64,000 nucleotides of DNA from a virus (IMGVR_UViG_2791354790_000006:14941-78940); one strand, 5' to 3'; shown: positions 1 through 9,812, numbered from the stretch's first letter. Notes: generated by a model from the sequence alone, not told the origin. Made by a program: numbers and translations.

Positions 1-80
1 ACGGCGACGTAATGGGTTTTCATCGCCTGAAGGTTCTTCAGATATTCCGTGGTTAGTCTTAAGGTTTCTTCTGGCGTCAT
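1..80 (-). CDS. 5' part of lambdoid phage virion (neck/head-completion) protein, runs off the window
   Basis: Hand translation MTPEETLRLTTEYLKNLQAMKTHYVAV; GGAG RBS upstream; follows the interrupted DUF4054-like gene. Confidence 0.55.
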   Translation of the reverse strand, partial: MTPEETLRLTTEYLKNLQAMKTHYVA

Positions 81-95
81 GAGAAACACTCCGCC

Positions 96-178
96 CTAAC
101 GAATCGCCAGCACGTGGACGCCCACCAGCTTACGTAACCTGATGTATTCCTGGCCGTAAGAACTGGAGGCATAACCAT
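96..178 (-). pseudogene. 3' fragment of DUF4054-like head-completion gene interrupted by the Mu-like prophage
   Basis: Joined across the ACCAT duplication it continues ...GANHDG-YASSSYGQEYIRLRKLVGVHVLAIR* in frame. Confidence 0.85.
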
Positions 179-185
179 TGACTAG

Positions 186-374
186 TGACAGTGATGTATG
201 GATCAAACGGAGTAACCGGAAACAACCGGGAGTTCGAGGAAACAAACGGGAGGAAACCTTGAGTGGCAAGGCTTAACGATAGGTAAAGCTAGTCAACTGG
301 TAGAAAACCACCCAATATGACAATTTTAGATCGTTCGACAACAAAGTTAAAAAGGTGTCATATATAGTTAGATC
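186..374 (+). promoter_or_regulatory. Putative left-end transposase-binding sites
   Basis: TGACA-N8-TGGATC at 186-204 and TGTCA-N8-TAGATC at 356-374; same motif inverted at 32435-32453. Confidence 0.5.
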
Positions 375-467
375 GTACTGCCGACTGTTTAATGGGATTT
401 AAATTCGGCTTAAAACGTTATCACATGGAGGTTCAAAACAAAGCCAGCCAATTGGACATTTCTGTAA

Positions 468-959
468 TCAGCCAGCCTTGTTTTGCGTGCTTACGTTCGA
501 CGCTGGGCTATCCTTTTCAATGGAATCACATTGTCCGAAAATCTCTTTCTGTCGGACCGGATTTGAATCAGATAACTCAAGCACCGCAGGCATAAGCATC
601 TTTAAGCCACCAGTGATAAATATCTCCATGACAGCTTCACGTTGGGCTTCAGTCATCCCCTGATAAATCATCATCCAGAGTGCTTGCTTCTCATCATTTG
701 CTAAGCCACTTTTTGTCTTGAAATCCTCAACTCCCATAGATGGCTGTCCTTTGTTGCTATACCCAAGATAATTTTGGGTCCGTGCAGGCAATATCGATAT
801 ATGGTATTCCGTGGCTTTAGTCCCTCCTCGTTTCCGCCGCACTCCGTCCAACCCTTCTGCGAGTTTTTCTAACTGCTTACGTACATTGGATACTCCACTT
901 GGGAATCCGGGCATCCCCGCACACTCTTGAGCCGTAAACCAAGTTTGCTCATTCATCAT
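468..959 (-). CDS. c: Mu-type repressor c
   Basis: N-terminal Mu winged HTH similar to the transposase N-terminus; divergent from ner. Confidence 0.85.
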   Translation of the reverse strand: MMNEQTWFTAQECAGMPGFPSGVSNVRKQLEKLAEGLDGVRRKRGGTKATEYHISILPARTQNYLGYSNKGQPSMGVEDFKTKSGLANDEKQALWMMIYQGMTEAQREAVMEIFITGGLKMLMPAVLELSDSNPVRQKEIFGQCDSIEKDSPASNVSTQNKAG

Positions 960-990
960 TACCTCCTGTTTCCGATTTTTTCTGGCTCAC

Positions 991-1130
991 AAAAAATTCG
1001 ATTCGATTTTTTATGGTGTAAAAACATGCTTTCACAAAAATCAAAGACTTAAATTCGATTTATTGAGATTTGATTAAACCGACAAAAGACCGACAAAAAG
1101 ATTGAATTCGATTTTTTGTGTGTTATATTT
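991..1130. promoter_or_regulatory. c/ner operator-promoter region
   Basis: Repeated (A)ATTCGATT at 995, 1001, 1052, 1105; TTGAAT-N16-TATATT at 1102-1129; tandem CCGACAAAA repeat. Confidence 0.6.
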
Positions 1131-1190
1131 TTACACGTAAAGGTGAGCAGTTTAGTTCACCGCAACGAGTAAATATTTAAGGATCGCAGA

Positions 1191-1427
1191 ATGATGACCA
1201 AAAGCCAAGACTGGCACCCTGAAGACATCAAAGCAGCGATTAGAAAACGCGGAATGACGACCAGTCAGTTATCCCGTTGTCATGGGCTAGCGGAATCAAC
1301 ATTACGTAACGTATTCCGTCACCACTGGCCCAAAGGGGAGAAAATTATCGCTGACTTTCTCAACATGGAGCCATCAGAGATATGGCCTTCGCGTTATCAG
1401 AATCTGACTGTTAAAGAGGTTGCATGA
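1191..1427 (+). CDS. ner: Ner/Nlp-family regulator
   Basis: DWHPEDIKAAIRKRG...EIWPSRY motif. Confidence 0.93.
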   Translation: MMTKSQDWHPEDIKAAIRKRGMTTSQLSRCHGLAESTLRNVFRHHWPKGEKIIADFLNMEPSEIWPSRYQNLTVKEVA

Positions 1428-3409
1428 TGGAGTTTTGGGTATCAGTGAAAGAATGCGTTGGCGTCTGTGGTTTCCCACAGGCTGAGTCTAATGCACGGAA
1501 AAAACTTGAGGATCTGGTTTGCGGTCGCAGTGAGCTACGCCGCAAACGTGCCGGCACCAAAGCATTTGAATACCACATATCAGTATTGCCACCAGAAGTT
1601 CGTGCTGAATTGCTGGCAACTCGTGGTTTGATTGAAACCTCATCCGGACTCATTACTTTGCCGCAAGAGCCTGAACGTGTGGCTGCTGACGACCTTGATC
1701 GTCAGCGTCTCTGGTCAGCCTGGGAGAAAGCAACAGGCGAACAGCGACTGCATGCAGAGCGTCGCACGAAAGCTGCCGCGCTGGTGGCTGAGCTGATGGC
1801 ATCAGGTGTTGGCAACCGCAAAGCTATTACCCTTGCTGCCAAGCAACTGCAAATCAGTGAAGGAACGCTGCGCAATCTGTACTACAAAGTGAAGGACTTC
1901 AGCCCTGACCTCTGGGGACCGGTACTGCTCGATCGCCGCGTCCGCGAAAAACGCGTGACAGGACGTTCGGCTGAAATCTCTGATGATGCCTGGCAATTCT
2001 TCCTGGGCGATTATCTGCGCAACGAAGCCCCGTTTTTCTCCAAATGCTATGAACGGCTCGAAATCGCAGCAGAAACACATGGCTGGACCATACCGGCTGA
2101 ACGTACCCTGCGTCGTAAGCTGGAACGTGAAGTTGATCCGCGCATTGTCGTTGCCACCCGTGAAGGTGAAAACGCCCTGGCACAGATGCACCCATCACAA
2201 CAGCGCACCGTCGCGCAGTTGCATGCAATGGAATGGATTAACGGTGACGGTTATCAGCACAACGTGTTTGTCCGCTGGTTTAACGGTGAAATCATCCGTC
2301 CTAAAACATGGTTCTGGCAGGACGTCCACAGCCGCAAAATTGTCGGCTGGCGGGCTGATGTATCAGAAAACAGCGACAGTATCCGCCTGTCACTCATGGA
2401 TACGCTGAAAACCTACGGGAAACCACAACACATCACGATAGACAACACCCGTGCAGCGGCGAACAAATGGTTGTCTGGTGGCGTTCCTAACCGCTATCGG
2501 TTCAAAGTCCGTGAAGATGACCCGATGGGGATCATTCCTCTGCTGGGTATCAAACTGCACTGGACTGGCGTTATCGGTGGTAAAGGCTGGGGCCAGGCTA
2601 AACCCGTAGAACGTGCCTTTGGTGTGGGTGGTCTGGGTGAGTACATAGATAAACACCCCGCACTGGCTGGCGCATTTGCCGGTGAAAACGTCAGTTCCAA
2701 ACCGGAGAACTACGGCAGCCGCGCCGTTGATGTTGAGACGTTTATGGAAATTATCAGTGAAGGTGTCGCCATGTTTAACAGGAAGACCCAGCGTAAAACG
2801 GAAATGTGCCGGGGTGAACTGTCCTTTGATCAGGCTTTCGAACAAAGCTACAGCCAGGCTGTGATCACCCGTTTAACTGAAGAACAAATCCGCCAGTTCA
2901 TGCTGCCGGCAGAGTCGGTTCGCGTGAAACCGACCGGAGAATTCACGATGGAAAGCGGCGGCTCCCTGTTTGGCCGCAAGAACACCTACTGGAGTGAGCA
3001 ACTTGTCAGCCATCGCTCCCGCAAAATTACAGTCCGTTTTGATCCGCGCAACCTTCACAGTGAAGTGGCCTGTTACGACCTTGATGGCCGATTCCTCTGT
3101 ATGGCGGAATGTCGCGCCGCAGTGGCGTTTGGTGATACCGAGGCTGGTCGTGAACACAACCGCGCCCGTCGCGAAATGATGCGCAGCACGAAGAAAGCAG
3201 CGAAGGCACTAAACCGCATGACAGCGATCGAAGTTAATGACCTGCTACCGAAGACAGAACATGCAGAGTTACCGGAACGTCATGTTGTTGAGCGCGTATT
3301 CAATATGGGTAATACCGTCAGACGTGTGCAGGAAATGCAGGACACGCAAACCGAGAATGACGTGATTTTTCAGACATTCGTTAATAAAGCAAAGCAGTCG
3401 CAGAAATAA
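1424..3409 (+). CDS. A: Mu A DDE transposase
   Basis: 661 aa; INGDGY, IDNTRA, AKPVERAF motifs. Confidence 0.95.
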   Translation: MMEFWVSVKECVGVCGFPQAESNARKKLEDLVCGRSELRRKRAGTKAFEYHISVLPPEVRAELLATRGLIETSSGLITLPQEPERVAADDLDRQRLWSAWEKATGEQRLHAERRTKAAALVAELMASGVGNRKAITLAAKQLQISEGTLRNLYYKVKDFSPDLWGPVLLDRRVREKRVTGRSAEISDDAWQFFLGDYLRNEAPFFSKCYERLEIAAETHGWTIPAERTLRRKLEREVDPRIVVATREGENALAQMHPSQQRTVAQLHAMEWINGDGYQHNVFVRWFNGEIIRPKTWFWQDVHSRKIVGWRADVSENSDSIRLSLMDTLKTYGKPQHITIDNTRAAANKWLSGGVPNRYRFKVREDDPMGIIPLLGIKLHWTGVIGGKGWGQAKPVERAFGVGGLGEYIDKHPALAGAFAGENVSSKPENYGSRAVDVETFMEIISEGVAMFNRKTQRKTEMCRGELSFDQAFEQSYSQAVITRLTEEQIRQFMLPAESVRVKPTGEFTMESGGSLFGRKNTYWSEQLVSHRSRKITVRFDPRNLHSEVACYDLDGRFLCMAECRAAVAFGDTEAGREHNRARREMMRSTKKAAKALNRMTAIEVNDLLPKTEHAELPERHVVERVFNMGNTVRRVQEMQDTQTENDVIFQTFVNKAKQSQK

Positions 3410-3504
3410 AAAAAGCGACGTTGCGAGCGCCGCTTTGAATTAAGTGAATCAGTTTTAACACCTGATTAAGTACAGGCCATTCGAAAAATACAGGATTAAT
3501 AATC

Positions 3505-4443
3505 ATGACGCAAATTAACCATGATGTTGTGCGTAGTGCCATTCGTGAATTAATTGACAGCAAAGCGATTTCAGGCGCAGCTCTGGCACGTGAAACCGGC
3601 ACCTCAACGGCTACGGTTTCTCAGTTTCTGAACGGGAAATATAAGGGCGATAACGATACAGTTGCCGCCAGCCTGAATACCTGGCTGGAAAGCCACACTG
3701 CCGCGAAAACCTCGCTGCCAGTAGCTCCGGATTTCGTTGAAACACCGACCTCACAAAAAATTCTCGCCACCCTGACGTGGGCGCAACTGGCCGGAACGAT
3801 TGTGCTGGTATACGGCAATCCCGGCGTCGGTAAAACAAAAGCCATCAGACAGTATGCCGCGACAGGCAACAACGTCTGGCATATCACCGCCAGCAAGTCC
3901 CGCAGTAACGAACTGGAAACGCTGTACGAACTGGCGCTGAAAATGGGGATTTCTGATGCACCATACCGTCGCGGCGCATTGTCCCGTCTGTTACGCCAGC
4001 GTCTGCCGGATACGCGTGGTCTGATCGTCGTGGATGAAGCTGACTGGCTGAGTCTGGATGCCGTTGAAGAATTGCGAATTCTCCAGGAGGAATGTGGCGT
4101 GGGGCTGGCACTGGTGGGTAACCACAAGGTCTATGACCGTCTCACCGGTGGCCAGCGCAGCGTGGACTTTGCCCGCCTGTTCTCCCGCGTGTCCAAGAAG
4201 TACGTCATCAATACCGTTTCCGCTGGTGACGTGGACAGTTTCTGCGATGCCTGGCATGTCTGCGGACAGGAGGAACGGAAACTGTTGAAGATGATCGCCC
4301 GTCGTCCCGGTGCTCTCCGTTCTCTGTCTCACATCCTCCCGCTGGCGGGGATTTACGCGCAGGGCAAGGGTGAGACCATCGGCACGTCACACATCCAGTC
4401 TGCGATGCTGGAACTGGGTCACAGCAATCTGAACGAGGAATAA
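3505..4443 (+). CDS. B: Mu B AAA+ transposition ATPase
   Basis: N-terminal HTH, Walker A GNPGVGKT, Walker B VVDEA. Confidence 0.93.
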   Translation: MTQINHDVVRSAIRELIDSKAISGAALARETGTSTATVSQFLNGKYKGDNDTVAASLNTWLESHTAAKTSLPVAPDFVETPTSQKILATLTWAQLAGTIVLVYGNPGVGKTKAIRQYAATGNNVWHITASKSRSNELETLYELALKMGISDAPYRRGALSRLLRQRLPDTRGLIVVDEADWLSLDAVEELRILQEECGVGLALVGNHKVYDRLTGGQRSVDFARLFSRVSKKYVINTVSAGDVDSFCDAWHVCGQEERKLLKMIARRPGALRSLSHILPLAGIYAQGKGETIGTSHIQSAMLELGHSNLNEE

Positions 4444-4447
4444 CACC

Positions 4448-4687
4448 ATGATTACTGAACGTATTGCAGAACACATCAGCATGGCAGAGGCGGCGCAGAA
4501 CTGGCTTCGCTCCCGTGGTAGCCGTGTCACTGACGTTCGGGTTTTCATGCGTCGCCCGTTACTGGAGATTGTCTGCCCACCAACAGATCTGGTGCGTAGT
4601 GCATCCCGTATATCGGAAACACACAACGGCGGCACCCGCTCCGTCTGGGTAGCCAGTCTGGAGGGTTGCCGGGTTATCTGGAGGTAA
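4448..4687 (+). CDS. Mu early hypothetical protein
   Basis: RBS, operonic after B. Confidence 0.7.
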   Translation: MITERIAEHISMAEAAQNWLRSRGSRVTDVRVFMRRPLLEIVCPPTDLVRSASRISETHNGGTRSVWVASLEGCRVIWR

Positions 4688-4689
4688 GT

Positions 4690-4980
4690 ATGGGCTGGAG
4701 TACGGGGAGAGCCTGGTCACGCGAAGAACTCCTTATTCTGGAACAGAACGCGGGAAAGGTAAGTGTAAGCGGTCTGGCGCTGCAACTGGGGCGTTCTAAA
4801 CAGTCCGTGCAGAATTGCGCCATTCGGCAGGGTCTTTCGCTGCGCATCAGAGCAGGAAATGATGACGACGCATATTTGTGTCGTGAGCTTTACAAGGAGG
4901 GGCTGACCATCTCGGTTATCGCCGAAAAAATGGAAATGTCCCGTAGTCAGGTATTTAACATTATTTATAGAGGTAATTAA
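4690..4980 (+). CDS. Double-HTH DNA-binding protein
   Basis: GAGG RBS before ATG 4690; WSREE..LGRS..SV and C-terminal HTH. Confidence 0.65.
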   Translation: MGWSTGRAWSREELLILEQNAGKVSVSGLALQLGRSKQSVQNCAIRQGLSLRIRAGNDDDAYLCRELYKEGLTISVIAEKMEMSRSQVFNIIYRGN

Positions 4981-4992
4981 CGGAGGTGTGAG

Positions 4993-5244
4993 ATGGCTAA
5001 ACAGGTAATCACCATTATTCTCGAGGATGATGCGGTAATTAAAAACGGGGAAATGGTTAAAACCGGTGAGAACTCAGGAAAGCTCGCTATCAGTTTTCAC
5101 CTTAACAACGCCAATGATGATGGTTCATTTTCGTATCTGGTTGCGGAAGGACTGTCAGCTATTTTTCCAATGGCTATCCAGCAGGTCACTGAATTTGCAA
5201 AACAGAAAGTTGATCTGGATAACCGTAAAATTATTAAACACTGA
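4993..5244 (+). CDS. Hypothetical protein
   Basis: GGAGGT RBS; AT-rich. Confidence 0.65.
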   Translation: MAKQVITIILEDDAVIKNGEMVKTGENSGKLAISFHLNNANDDGSFSYLVAEGLSAIFPMAIQQVTEFAKQKVDLDNRKIIKH

Positions 5245-5251
5245 GGTTTAC

Positions 5252-5779
5252 ATGAAAGCACCCAAAAAGCCCCGCGCAAAATCAGCCGCTGCTGTCGCCG
5301 TTCCTCAATGCCGCGATGACGTAATCAGCGACATCCGCAAGATTGGCGATATTACTCGTGTCATTCTGCGTCGTGAAACGGAACTGAATGACAAAATCGC
5401 GGCCCTGACAAATGATGTTGCGCCTGGTATTGAAGCGCTTAAAAAAGAGCTTGGTCGTCTGCAAACTGGCGTTCAGACATGGTGTGAAGCCAATCGAGCA
5501 GAACTGACGAAAGACGGCAAGACCAAGACGGCTAACCTGACAACGGGGGAGGTTCGCTGGCGTAAACGCCCCCCCAGCGTCACCATTCGCAAAGTTGAAG
5601 ATGTTATTGCGTTACTCAAGAAATTCAGTCTGGATAAATTTCTTCGCAATAAAGAGGAAATTAATAAAGAAGCAATTCTTGCATCACCGAATGAAGTTAA
5701 GGGAATTGCAGGAATATCCATTAAATCAGATGTTGAGGATTTTGAAATAATCCCATTTGAACAAACAGTCACTGACTAA
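5252..5779 (+). CDS. gam: Host-nuclease inhibitor Gam
   Basis: WCEANR...GEVRWRKRPPSV...EINKEAIL motifs; ATG 5252 after GAGG. Confidence 0.92.
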   Translation: MKAPKKPRAKSAAAVAVPQCRDDVISDIRKIGDITRVILRRETELNDKIAALTNDVAPGIEALKKELGRLQTGVQTWCEANRAELTKDGKTKTANLTTGEVRWRKRPPSVTIRKVEDVIALLKKFSLDKFLRNKEEINKEAILASPNEVKGIAGISIKSDVEDFEIIPFEQTVTD

Positions 5780-5862
5780 TTAACTGCCTTAAGTTTCCAA
5801 TATATTAATACGGCATGCCTGCCGGGGCTTCGTGCACCCGCAGGTAGCCAGAAGAGGAAAAC

Positions 5863-6165
5863 ATGAACAAATATCAATATAAAGATGTGGACGAGGCTCT
5901 GAGGGCAGCGGGAATGCTGGAAAGGATTAGAACCATTGTCTCAACAGCAATAGAAAACGGCTGGTCAGTCAGTGACGTGATGAAAACTATTCAGCGTGAA
6001 ATTGCGCTGATTACAGACGAATTTGATGCGAAAAAAAACAAAGCTCACGACGACATGGTGAGGCGTGAGCTTGGCCTGGATTCCTCTGCGGTTATACACC
6101 CGGAGGATTATCTGCGGACGTTATTCAGAATCGTGGCGTTGGGTGGTCGGAGGAAAGGGTCTTGA
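5863..6165 (+). CDS. Hypothetical protein, overlaps a convergent gene
   Basis: GAGG RBS, 100 aa. Confidence 0.65.
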   Translation: MNKYQYKDVDEALRAAGMLERIRTIVSTAIENGWSVSDVMKTIQREIALITDEFDAKKNKAHDDMVRRELGLDSSAVIHPEDYLRTLFRIVALGGRRKGS

Positions 6166-6390
6166 ATCCCATAACTTATTGAATAGTGTCTCGATGAACT
6201 CCCCCGCATCACTGCCGGTTCGTTCATCTTTGTAGCATTCACGCAGAGAATAAGCAGTACGTGTACGGGCAATAATGTCATTAGCATCCCGCATGTCGAT
6301 AACGCCTTTTTCGACGAGCTTAATCAACAGATTACCTGTGAGAATAAAGGCTGCGATATCAAAGTTCTTGTCGGTCGGTGCACCGGACAT
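6121..6390 (-). CDS. Antisense-oriented 89-aa accessory protein
   Basis: AAGGAG RBS 6 nt before ATG 6390 (MSGAPTDKNF...). Confidence 0.65.
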   Translation of the reverse strand: MSGAPTDKNFDIAAFILTGNLLIKLVEKGVIDMRDANDIIARTRTAYSLRECYKDERTGSDAGEFIETLFNKLWDSRPFPPTTQRHDSE

Positions 6391-6457
6391 AAGTTGCTCC
6401 TTAGGTTGTAATAAATATGGCGGCTCACTTAAGCCGCCTTTAACCGGAGGTACGATC

Positions 6458-6985
6458 ATGAATCGCACATCCCTGATTAAGTTAATCCATGTTGCCCGCC
6501 GCAAGCTACAACTGGACGATGACACTTACCGTTCAGTGCTTCATCGCGTAACGGGAAAGCAAAGTTGTCGTGATCTGAAGGTCGGTCAACTGGAGGATGT
6601 ACTGAAGGTACTGGAGGATAAGGGGTTTAGACGTACCCGCCCCCGTTCTCCGGCTCGCCGTCATCGTGAAACAGATATCACCGCAAAGGTCCGCAGTATC
6701 TGGCGGCAGATGCATCTTGATGGGTTTATCCGTGATGGCAGCGATACCGCACTGGATACGTTCGTCGCGAAGATGACTGTCAGAACCAACAAAGGTAAAG
6801 GTATCGCCAGCCTGGCATGGTGCCGTGGCGATAATCTTCTGATGGTGCTGGAAAGCCTCAAGCAATGGCATCTGAGAGAAATGACAGAGGCGCTGAGTCC
6901 GCGAGACCTGGCATTTCAGGATCATCGGGGTTATGACGCCATCAACAGCCTGTATTCCAGTAAAGTAAGAAAGGTGCGCACATGA
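6458..6985 (+). CDS. gemA: GemA/gp16-family protein
   Basis: LIKLIHVARRKLQLDDDTYR motif; GGAGG RBS. Confidence 0.88.
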   Translation: MNRTSLIKLIHVARRKLQLDDDTYRSVLHRVTGKQSCRDLKVGQLEDVLKVLEDKGFRRTRPRSPARRHRETDITAKVRSIWRQMHLDGFIRDGSDTALDTFVAKMTVRTNKGKGIASLAWCRGDNLLMVLESLKQWHLREMTEALSPRDLAFQDHRGYDAINSLYSSKVRKVRT

Positions 6986-7389
6986 GCGAAAAGCAGAATG
7001 ACCTGTTTGGTGATATCCAGGATGACAGCATTCTGGAGCACCTGGACGATGACAGTTCGGCGGAAACTGTGCGTTTTCCTGCACTGCTGACAGAACTGAA
7101 TACGCTGCTGCGTGGCGAACTGACAAAGCATGGCGTGGACCCACGTATCTCTCTGGAGCTGGTTTACGCGATTAGCTGTCAGATTGGCGGCATGCAGATT
7201 TATTTCCCACGCGGCCAGACTCTTGAATCACTGATTCGTGATATGAAAATCTGGCGTGATTTCAATGGCAGAAACATCACAGAGTTGGTTGAGCGTTACC
7301 GTGTTACCTATAAAACGGTGTATAAAGCCATCAGACGCATGCGTAAACTAGAGCACCGCAAGCATCAACTGGACCTGTTTGGCAATTAA
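6982..7389 (+). CDS. mor: Mor/C-family transcription activator
   Basis: IGGMQIYFPRG...RDMKIWRDFNGRN motif. Confidence 0.88.
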   Translation: MSEKQNDLFGDIQDDSILEHLDDDSSAETVRFPALLTELNTLLRGELTKHGVDPRISLELVYAISCQIGGMQIYFPRGQTLESLIRDMKIWRDFNGRNITELVERYRVTYKTVYKAIRRMRKLEHRKHQLDLFGN

Positions 7390-7401
7390 GGATGTTGTTT
7401 T

Positions 7402-7920
7402 ATGAGAATGTTGTTATTGATCCCATTGTTACTGGCGTCGTTATCGGTTTCAGCGACTGACTCTTTACTCGAAAAAGTAAAAGAGTCAGTTTCTGGTGTT
7501 ACACCTATTGATGCCACAGAGTGGTATAAAAAAGGCGATACAAATTTCGCTGAATATGAAGGCGAGTACCGAGGCGTCAAACAGAAAATTAAAGTGGCTG
7601 TAAAAACTGGTGAAATCCATATTAAATCTGAAGTTGATAGAGGTGACTTAGCAAAAGATATGGATGCTTTCATGAGAGAGTCTACACTGCGGTGTAACCT
7701 GATTTTTAGAAGCATCATTTTACCAGCGGATAAACTGGCAGCTGTGACAGACTGGAATAACGATGAATCTGACGGATTTGAGTTCATGGAAGCCGAAACA
7801 GTGTCTGAATCAACCAGACATGAGGCCATGAATGGTGCACCCCATAAAAATATTTATGGGTGGGATGTTAGTATTCGGAGAGAATTAGGAAAAACAGCCT
7901 GCTCAGCAATAAAGAACTAA
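7402..7920 (+). CDS. Exported (signal peptide) accessory protein
   Basis: MRMLLLIPLLLASLSVSA signal peptide, two Cys, AT-rich. Confidence 0.7.
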   Translation: MRMLLLIPLLLASLSVSATDSLLEKVKESVSGVTPIDATEWYKKGDTNFAEYEGEYRGVKQKIKVAVKTGEIHIKSEVDRGDLAKDMDAFMRESTLRCNLIFRSIILPADKLAAVTDWNNDESDGFEFMEAETVSESTRHEAMNGAPHKNIYGWDVSIRRELGKTACSAIKN

Positions 7921-7925
7921 TACAA

Positions 7926-7967
7926 TGAAGCCGGTTAATCCGGCTTTTTTTTCGTCCGGCACATGAT
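7926..7967 (+). promoter_or_regulatory. Putative late promoter (lysis), overlapping a terminator hairpin
   Basis: TGAAGCCGGTTAATCC identical to 15900-15915; AAGCCGG/CCGGCTT stem with T tract. Confidence 0.6.
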
Positions 7968-8005
7968 GGAAGGGAAATTTAACCCACTTCCAAAGGTGCC
8001 GTTTT

Positions 8006-8596
8006 ATGAGCAACACCCCCGATTCTCCCGCATTTCGCAATGCTCTTGCTTTCGTGCTCAGCGCAGAACGCGGATATGTCAATGACCCCACTGACCGTGG
8101 CGGTGAAACCAACTTCGGTATATCAGATAAACGCGACGGTGTTGCCGATGGCATGACCGACGTTAATGGCGATGGCAAGCCTGATACGCGTATTCGTGAT
8201 TTAACGGTTGAACAGGCCGGACAGATTTACTTCCGTGACTACTGGTATCCGGCGTATTGCCAGTTTTGGCCGGATGATATAGCCCTGTTTGTCTTTGACT
8301 CTGCCGTCCAGCATGGCGTCAAAAAGGCTGTCCAGTTGCTTCAGGAAGCTGCGGGTTTCACCGGCAAAAGTGTTGACGGTATCGCCGGTAAAAACACCCG
8401 CGCAGCCGTTGAACGAGCTGACCCTGACTGGCTGCTGAACCGTTTATTTCTGCGTCGTTCCCGCTATTACGCCGACATCATCAAATCAAACCCTTCACAG
8501 GGCAAGTTCCTCAACGGCTGGTTTAACCGCCTGGACAACCTCGCTGACGCCTGTCGTGAGATTTCCGGTGTCCGCTATTCGGTAGCCCGGAGCTGA
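8006..8596 (+). CDS. Endolysin, glycoside hydrolase family 108
   Basis: ERGYVNDPTDRGGETNFGI motif; KFLNGWFNRL peptidoglycan-binding end. Confidence 0.9.
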   Translation: MSNTPDSPAFRNALAFVLSAERGYVNDPTDRGGETNFGISDKRDGVADGMTDVNGDGKPDTRIRDLTVEQAGQIYFRDYWYPAYCQFWPDDIALFVFDSAVQHGVKKAVQLLQEAAGFTGKSVDGIAGKNTRAAVERADPDWLLNRLFLRRSRYYADIIKSNPSQGKFLNGWFNRLDNLADACREISGVRYSVARS

Positions 8597-8597
8597 T

Positions 8598-8816
8598 ATG
8601 GGCAAGGGATGGGACGCTTCGCTGAAACAGGGGCGACGTGACCGGCTGCGGCAGGAAGTGCTTCACCGAATGGCAGGCGGCCCCGTCCCTGTTCCGACAA
8701 GTTATGCAGGTCATGACGGTACACACGCCAGTTACTACATGCGCGGCTGGTCATCCGTCGATATCAGAGACATCGTCTGGCAATGCCAGCGATACAAGGA
8801 AAAACATAATGTTTAA
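8598..8816 (+). CDS. Small hypothetical protein
   Basis: Tightly packed in the lysis operon. Confidence 0.65.
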   Translation: MGKGWDASLKQGRRDRLRQEVLHRMAGGPVPVPTSYAGHDGTHASYYMRGWSSVDIRDIVWQCQRYKEKHNV

Positions 8817-9216
8817 ATCGTTTAGCTACGACTGGTTAAAGCTGGCGCTGGTACAGGTTTTGCGCTCCGGATGGAGCATTGTCATTCTCGTCGGTTTGTC
8901 GTTGTTTATCTGTAGTTTTACGGGGCGTCACGCCTTTCTGGTCTGGTGGCTGGCGTTGTCCGGTGTGGTCCTGGTCGGGTTCAGCATCTTTCTTGGCAAT
9001 CTGCCTTACAGGCTTCTTAAACCTGAAACGCACATCAGCCGGCATGCCTGTTTCTGGTCGTGGGTTGTCTGGGGCGTTGGGTTCGTTCTTATCTGCCTGA
9101 GTCCACTTTATGCCAGCCCGCTGTACCTCCTTTTCCTTGAACCACTCGGCGCAGCCACAGGATTTCTGTTCTGTCAGTGGGTTGCACGTAAGGGGCTGCT
9201 TGTATGGATCCAGTAA
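8809..9216 (+). CDS. Multi-pass membrane protein (about 4 TM)
   Basis: AAGGA RBS before ATG 8809; hydrophobic segments. Confidence 0.65.
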   Translation: MFKSFSYDWLKLALVQVLRSGWSIVILVGLSLFICSFTGRHAFLVWWLALSGVVLVGFSIFLGNLPYRLLKPETHISRHACFWSWVVWGVGFVLICLSPLYASPLYLLFLEPLGAATGFLFCQWVARKGLLVWIQ

Positions 9217-9812
9217 CCCTCACCACCATTGCCTCCGTTCTGATGAAGGCCGGACCGTCATTACTGCGTACTGTGGGCGGCTGGTTCGGTGGTGACACCG
9301 CCAGAACGGCAGATTCTGTGGCGGGGATCGTTGAGAACGTCAACAGCGTCATTAACCCGCAGGACCAGCAGCGAGTGCTTGAGCAGAAACTGGCGGCGCT
9401 GCCGCCAGAACAGTTCGTCCAGCTCCAGTCCCTGAAAGTCCAGATTGAGCAATTCCAGCTTGAGTGGGACAAAGCCGTACTGGCTGACCGTCAGGCTGCT
9501 CACCATGAACAGCAGGAAACCATCCGTAACGGGGACAACGCCACGGATGAATATGTCCGTCAGACCAGACCGCTGATGGCCCGGCTGTCGCTCTACAGCA
9601 GCATTGCGTATGTGATGCTGATGTCTGTGGGTCAGCAGGCTGGCGCGGTATCCGGTGCTTTTGGTCATGCCTTCTCCATGCCATCACCGGACTGGGATAT
9701 CGCACTCATGCTGGCGACACCGGCGCTTGGGTATCTCGGTTTTCGCACCCTTGACGGGTTCGCCCGGTACAGCAAATCAAGCAAACACAAAACGATGGCG
9801 GCGGGTAGATGA
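9204..9812 (+). CDS. Holin-like protein (GTA 3TM type)
   Basis: Coiled coil then RQTRP, TM segments and LGYLGFRT motif. Confidence 0.6.
   Translation: MDPVTLTTIASVLMKAGPSLLRTVGGWFGGDTARTADSVAGIVENVNSVINPQDQQRVLEQKLAALPPEQFVQLQSLKVQIEQFQLEWDKAVLADRQAAHHEQQETIRNGDNATDEYVRQTRPLMARLSLYSSIAYVMLMSVGQQAGAVSGAFGHAFSMPSPDWDIALMLATPALGYLGFRTLDGFARYSKSSKHKTMAAGR

Noticed and set aside
468-1620. Similarity between the repressor and transposase N-termini
   Set aside because: Known Mu feature (shared operator/enhancer-binding domain)
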